Source of the DNA: an uncultured Alphaproteobacteria bacterium
GTDB lineage: Bacteria > Pseudomonadota > Alphaproteobacteria > CAAGCB01 > CAG-977
Reading direction: 5' to 3'
DNA: 39,225 nt
Assembly (NCBI GenBank): GCA_944391535.1
Contig: CALXTY010000003.1
Location: 1-39,225 of the forward strand
Below the pieces are notes generated by a model, which saw nothing but the letters and a program-made list of their open reading frames with translations, had not been told where the DNA came from and did no database searches. Made by a program: the position numbers and the translations under genes. Of the stretch, positions 36,319 to 39,225 are shown one piece after another (the stretch's first letter is position 1; each line of letters opens with the position of its first letter).

Positions 36319-37381
36319 GCACAAACCTTTCATTCACTCCGATTTGCACCCAACCGACCGCGTTATCCGCATCGTTGACGGATTCCGCCGCGTTATAATA
36401 CCCATCCCGCAAAGAAATCTTTCCCGTACGCATATCCGTATCAAACGCTTGCGCCGCCGTTCCTGATTCATATAAAACCCGTCCCGTTTTGTCCGTAACC
36501 AAAATAAACATAATTTCTTTGTTCTTTTGACGAACCTGATCCAAATAAGCTTCCATTGCGTTAACGGATTTAAACGGAACTCCGCTCTTTACCGCCAACT
36601 CGATCATATTTTTCACCTGACCGGCGATCGTTTGCGTCTTTAGTCTGATCTGCGGTTCAAGGTTCGTTTCAAACGCCTGACACATGGCAGAAAAATTAAT
36701 GTATAACGCCGCACATAAAACAAACAGGCAAAATACAAACGTTACTTTTGATCGCACTTTTTTTTCTTTGAAAACAAGTGCGGAAACAAAATTGAAAAAA
36801 TAAAGCAAAAAACAACCTGCCACGCCGATAAAAGCCAAACGCAACGCAAAATAAAATGCCGACGAAATCATTTTTTCACGAACGCTTTTAACAGCTTCGG
36901 TTTTATATTCGGCAACCAGACAGCCTTCATTTTCCAAAAAAGAATTTAACACCGGCAAACCGACCGTTTCTTTTTGTTCCTGCGTTTCAACAAAAAGCGT
37001 CCCCGGCTGAGCGCATTTTTCACGCCAAACAAAAGGCACGTTCATTCCCGCCTGCGCCGCAACCGTGCTGAACAGAATTTTCCCTGACTTTCTGTCAAAA
37101 ACCATTACGGACAACACATCTTCGTTTTCGGCGGCATAGTGAAACAAAAAACCTTCCGTTTTTTTTATTCCCGTCAGCGGAACGCCTTTATCCATTTCGG
37201 TCTGAAGCGCTCTTTGCAATTCGGTTAAAGCCGTTTCGATTCTGGAATCCCTCAACGATCGAGAAGCGGCTTCATATTTCATAAAGTTCATACCGACGAA
37301 CACAAATACGGCGGCACACCACAAAAGGGAAGCCAAAACGGCATGTGTTAAATGCTGTGAGCGCATCAATCCGACTTTCAA
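36302..37381 (-). CDS. Membrane protein with two similar extracytoplasmic sensor-like domains
   Basis: Three hydrophobic helices; internal similarity KGVPL...MVFDRKSGKILFST vs SGVPF...LVTDKTGRVLYES. Confidence 0.6.
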   Translation of the reverse strand: MKVGLMRSQHLTHAVLASLLWCAAVFVFVGMNFMKYEAASRSLRDSRIETALTELQRALQTEMDKGVPLTGIKKTEGFLFHYAAENEDVLSVMVFDRKSGKILFSTVAAQAGMNVPFVWREKCAQPGTLFVETQEQKETVGLPVLNSFLENEGCLVAEYKTEAVKSVREKMISSAFYFALRLAFIGVAGCFLLYFFNFVSALVFKEKKVRSKVTFVFCLFVLCAALYINFSAMCQAFETNLEPQIRLKTQTIAGQVKNMIELAVKSGVPFKSVNAMEAYLDQVRQKNKEIMFILVTDKTGRVLYESGTAAQAFDTDMRTGKISLRDGYYNAAESVNDADNAVGWVQIGVNERFVREKIF

Positions 37382-37436
37382 AGTTTTCTGTTACTTTTGT
37401 CGGTTATACAACAGTATTGTAAAAAAATAATAAACA

Positions 37437-39225
37437 CTAGTTCGGATAAAGCGGCGGAACCGGATCTTGTTCATCTTTCCCGCGTTTTTTTCCCTGCTGT
37501 TCAACAGATTTAAAAACATTCCAAAATTCTTTTGCGTTCCAAACGGACATATTGCCGGAATACAAAGCCTGATTCAATTTTTCAAGTTGATCTTTTAACG
37601 TCGGATCACCGAAACGTTCTGCCAATTCCGACAACGTCAAAGGCGGTTTTTGAAACCATAACGTCCGTCCGAAATCTAACAAAGCCTGTTTGACCTGCTC
37701 CGCCGATCCTGATGACAGGCACGCGTCTTTAATTTGATTCAAGCTTTCCCGTCGTGACTGCATTTCCTGTTCTCCGTCTTGCGCAGTTCGCTGCTTTCCT
37801 GCCTTTTTAAACATCAAAAAATGAAGCAAAAGCCATAACACGGTAACGACGGTGCCTCCGGCAAGAATACCCGCAAAGAACAAACGCATCGGCGGTTGAT
37901 GGACATACTTGTCCCAAAAAGCCGTCGCCGCCTGTTGTTCGGCCGCGTTATCAGGCGGTTCTATAAAAGCTTTCGCAAATTCGGTTTCAGGCTTTTGATC
38001 CTTCGCAACGGAAGCTTGCTGTGCCGGCGGAACCATCGTAGCCGTCTGCGTCCCCCCGACAGTCTGCGTCTGAAGAACCGTTACCGTACGCGACGGCAAA
38101 ACCGCTTTTTTCATCTGACCCGACTTGACATCAAACCACGGTATTTCCATTGCCGGCAAAACAACTTGACCGGCTTTTGTGGGCATAAAAACGATCTGTC
38201 GCGTCTTCACGCCGACGATACCGTTGTTGTCAAACAAGTTTTTGGAATCCGTCTTCCCGGGGTACTGTCTGTAATTCGATCCGTCCGGAAAAGAAACGTC
38301 CGGCAGTTGCGTATCGCGCACCCCCGAAGCCATAATCGTGACCGTGCGCGTTAAAGCTTCCCCCAAATCTATGTTCTGCTTGGGTGGCGTAAAATCTTCC
38401 GACACGGCGACATCGGTCGCGGGCAACCATATATTCCCGCCGACCTGTTGAGGTTTCGATTGCACATCCAAAACAATCGCGGCAGATTGAACGGCAACGT
38501 TTTTTTGACCGAAAAAGCCCGAAAAAAAGCTCGATCCGCCAAAGCCGAACAGGTCTTCCATCGTTTCATCGCGCCCTTCCGGATCACTGATCGTTCCTCT
38601 GAAACGAACGGGCGATAAAACAATATGACCGCTTTTCTGCGCAAACAGCAAAAACTTATATTCCAAAACATCGTACGTTCTGCCGTTGACCGTTTCCCGA
38701 GACCGTTTCACGTCACCCCATTGTTCCGCCGTTATGCCGTCCGCCTGCGGCGGTGTCACCGCACCGTCAAGCAAAGGCGTTTGAACAAAGGAATACAACT
38801 TGACCGTCAACGGAATCTGTTGACCGACATAAGGCGTTTTTTCTTCAAGATTAAAACGGACAAACACATTGGGTTGCGCCGCTTTCATTTTTTCTTGGTT
38901 CTCGGCGTCGGCAGGCAACGCTTCGCCGCCCGCGACAACCGTTAATTTGACGGGCTTCGTTTGTTCTTTGCCCGCCCGAATGGACGGCAAAATCACTTCT
39001 CCCGTTTTCTTGGGAATTAACGTCAACACATTTTCGTTAAATGTTTGCGTCTTGCCGTTAATGTATGTCGATTTAAAGCTTTTACGCTCCATGACAATCA
39101 AAAAATCTTTATTTAATACGGAAATGTCCGGATTTTCCCCGTCGCCGTCCTGACGAAGATATAATTGAAAACTTTCCCCTTCCGGTATGACCGTACGACT
39201 GACTTCGGCTTCAAAGCCCGCAAAA
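37437..39225 (-). CDS. batD: BatD-family protein (5' end outside the window)
   Basis: Frame stays open to the window edge (FAGFEAEVSRTVIPEGESFQL...PDISVL). STYING, PYVGQQI, FAQKSG, WLPA, GEALTRTVTI, EIPWFDV, a C-terminal TM helix and PPLYP end. Confidence 0.82.
   Translation of the reverse strand, partial: FAGFEAEVSRTVIPEGESFQLYLRQDGDGENPDISVLNKDFLIVMERKSFKSTYINGKTQTFNENVLTLIPKKTGEVILPSIRAGKEQTKPVKLTVVAGGEALPADAENQEKMKAAQPNVFVRFNLEEKTPYVGQQIPLTVKLYSFVQTPLLDGAVTPPQADGITAEQWGDVKRSRETVNGRTYDVLEYKFLLFAQKSGHIVLSPVRFRGTISDPEGRDETMEDLFGFGGSSFFSGFFGQKNVAVQSAAIVLDVQSKPQQVGGNIWLPATDVAVSEDFTPPKQNIDLGEALTRTVTIMASGVRDTQLPDVSFPDGSNYRQYPGKTDSKNLFDNNGIVGVKTRQIVFMPTKAGQVVLPAMEIPWFDVKSGQMKKAVLPSRTVTVLQTQTVGGTQTATMVPPAQQASVAKDQKPETEFAKAFIEPPDNAAEQQAATAFWDKYVHQPPMRLFFAGILAGGTVVTVLWLLLHFLMFKKAGKQRTAQDGEQEMQSRRESLNQIKDACLSSGSAEQVKQALLDFGRTLWFQKPPLTLSELAERFGDPTLKDQLEKLNQALYSGNMSVWNAKEFWNVFKSVEQQGKKRGKDEQDPVPPLYPN

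Overview
A gene-dense chromosomal segment that looks alphaproteobacterial (FlaF, alpha-type SPOR domain, YejABEF, HisN, hom-recJ); this taxonomy is inferred from gene content. Most of it is housekeeping: yejABEF-hisN-hyi-like-ELM1 operon, recJ, hom, adenosine deaminase, trkH, DEAD-box helicase, hydrolases, pEtN transferase, probable PPi-dependent PFK and a partial batD. The standout is a minus-strand type IV secretion core locus at 17002-28250 with the order virB8-virB7-virB8-virB9-virB10-virB11, matching my recollection of the Rickettsiales rvh locus, with no mobility genes nearby. Its VirB9 carries a C-terminal SPOR peptidoglycan-binding domain. Its VirB10 is giant (~2338 aa): TM anchor, Ig-like domain, ~1700 aa of 17-aa Gly-rich repeats grouped in ~51-aa modules (six Cys pairs spaced 72-73 aa apart), the TrbI/VirB10 domain and a low-complexity tail. 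Secondary oddities: two apparent pseudo-enzymes (Hyi-like, GH114-like), an adenosine deaminase with a basic C-terminal extension (possible T4SS substrate) and an orphan flaF. No rRNA, tRNA, CRISPR array or mobile element was recognised. All family calls come from reading motifs, not from database searches.
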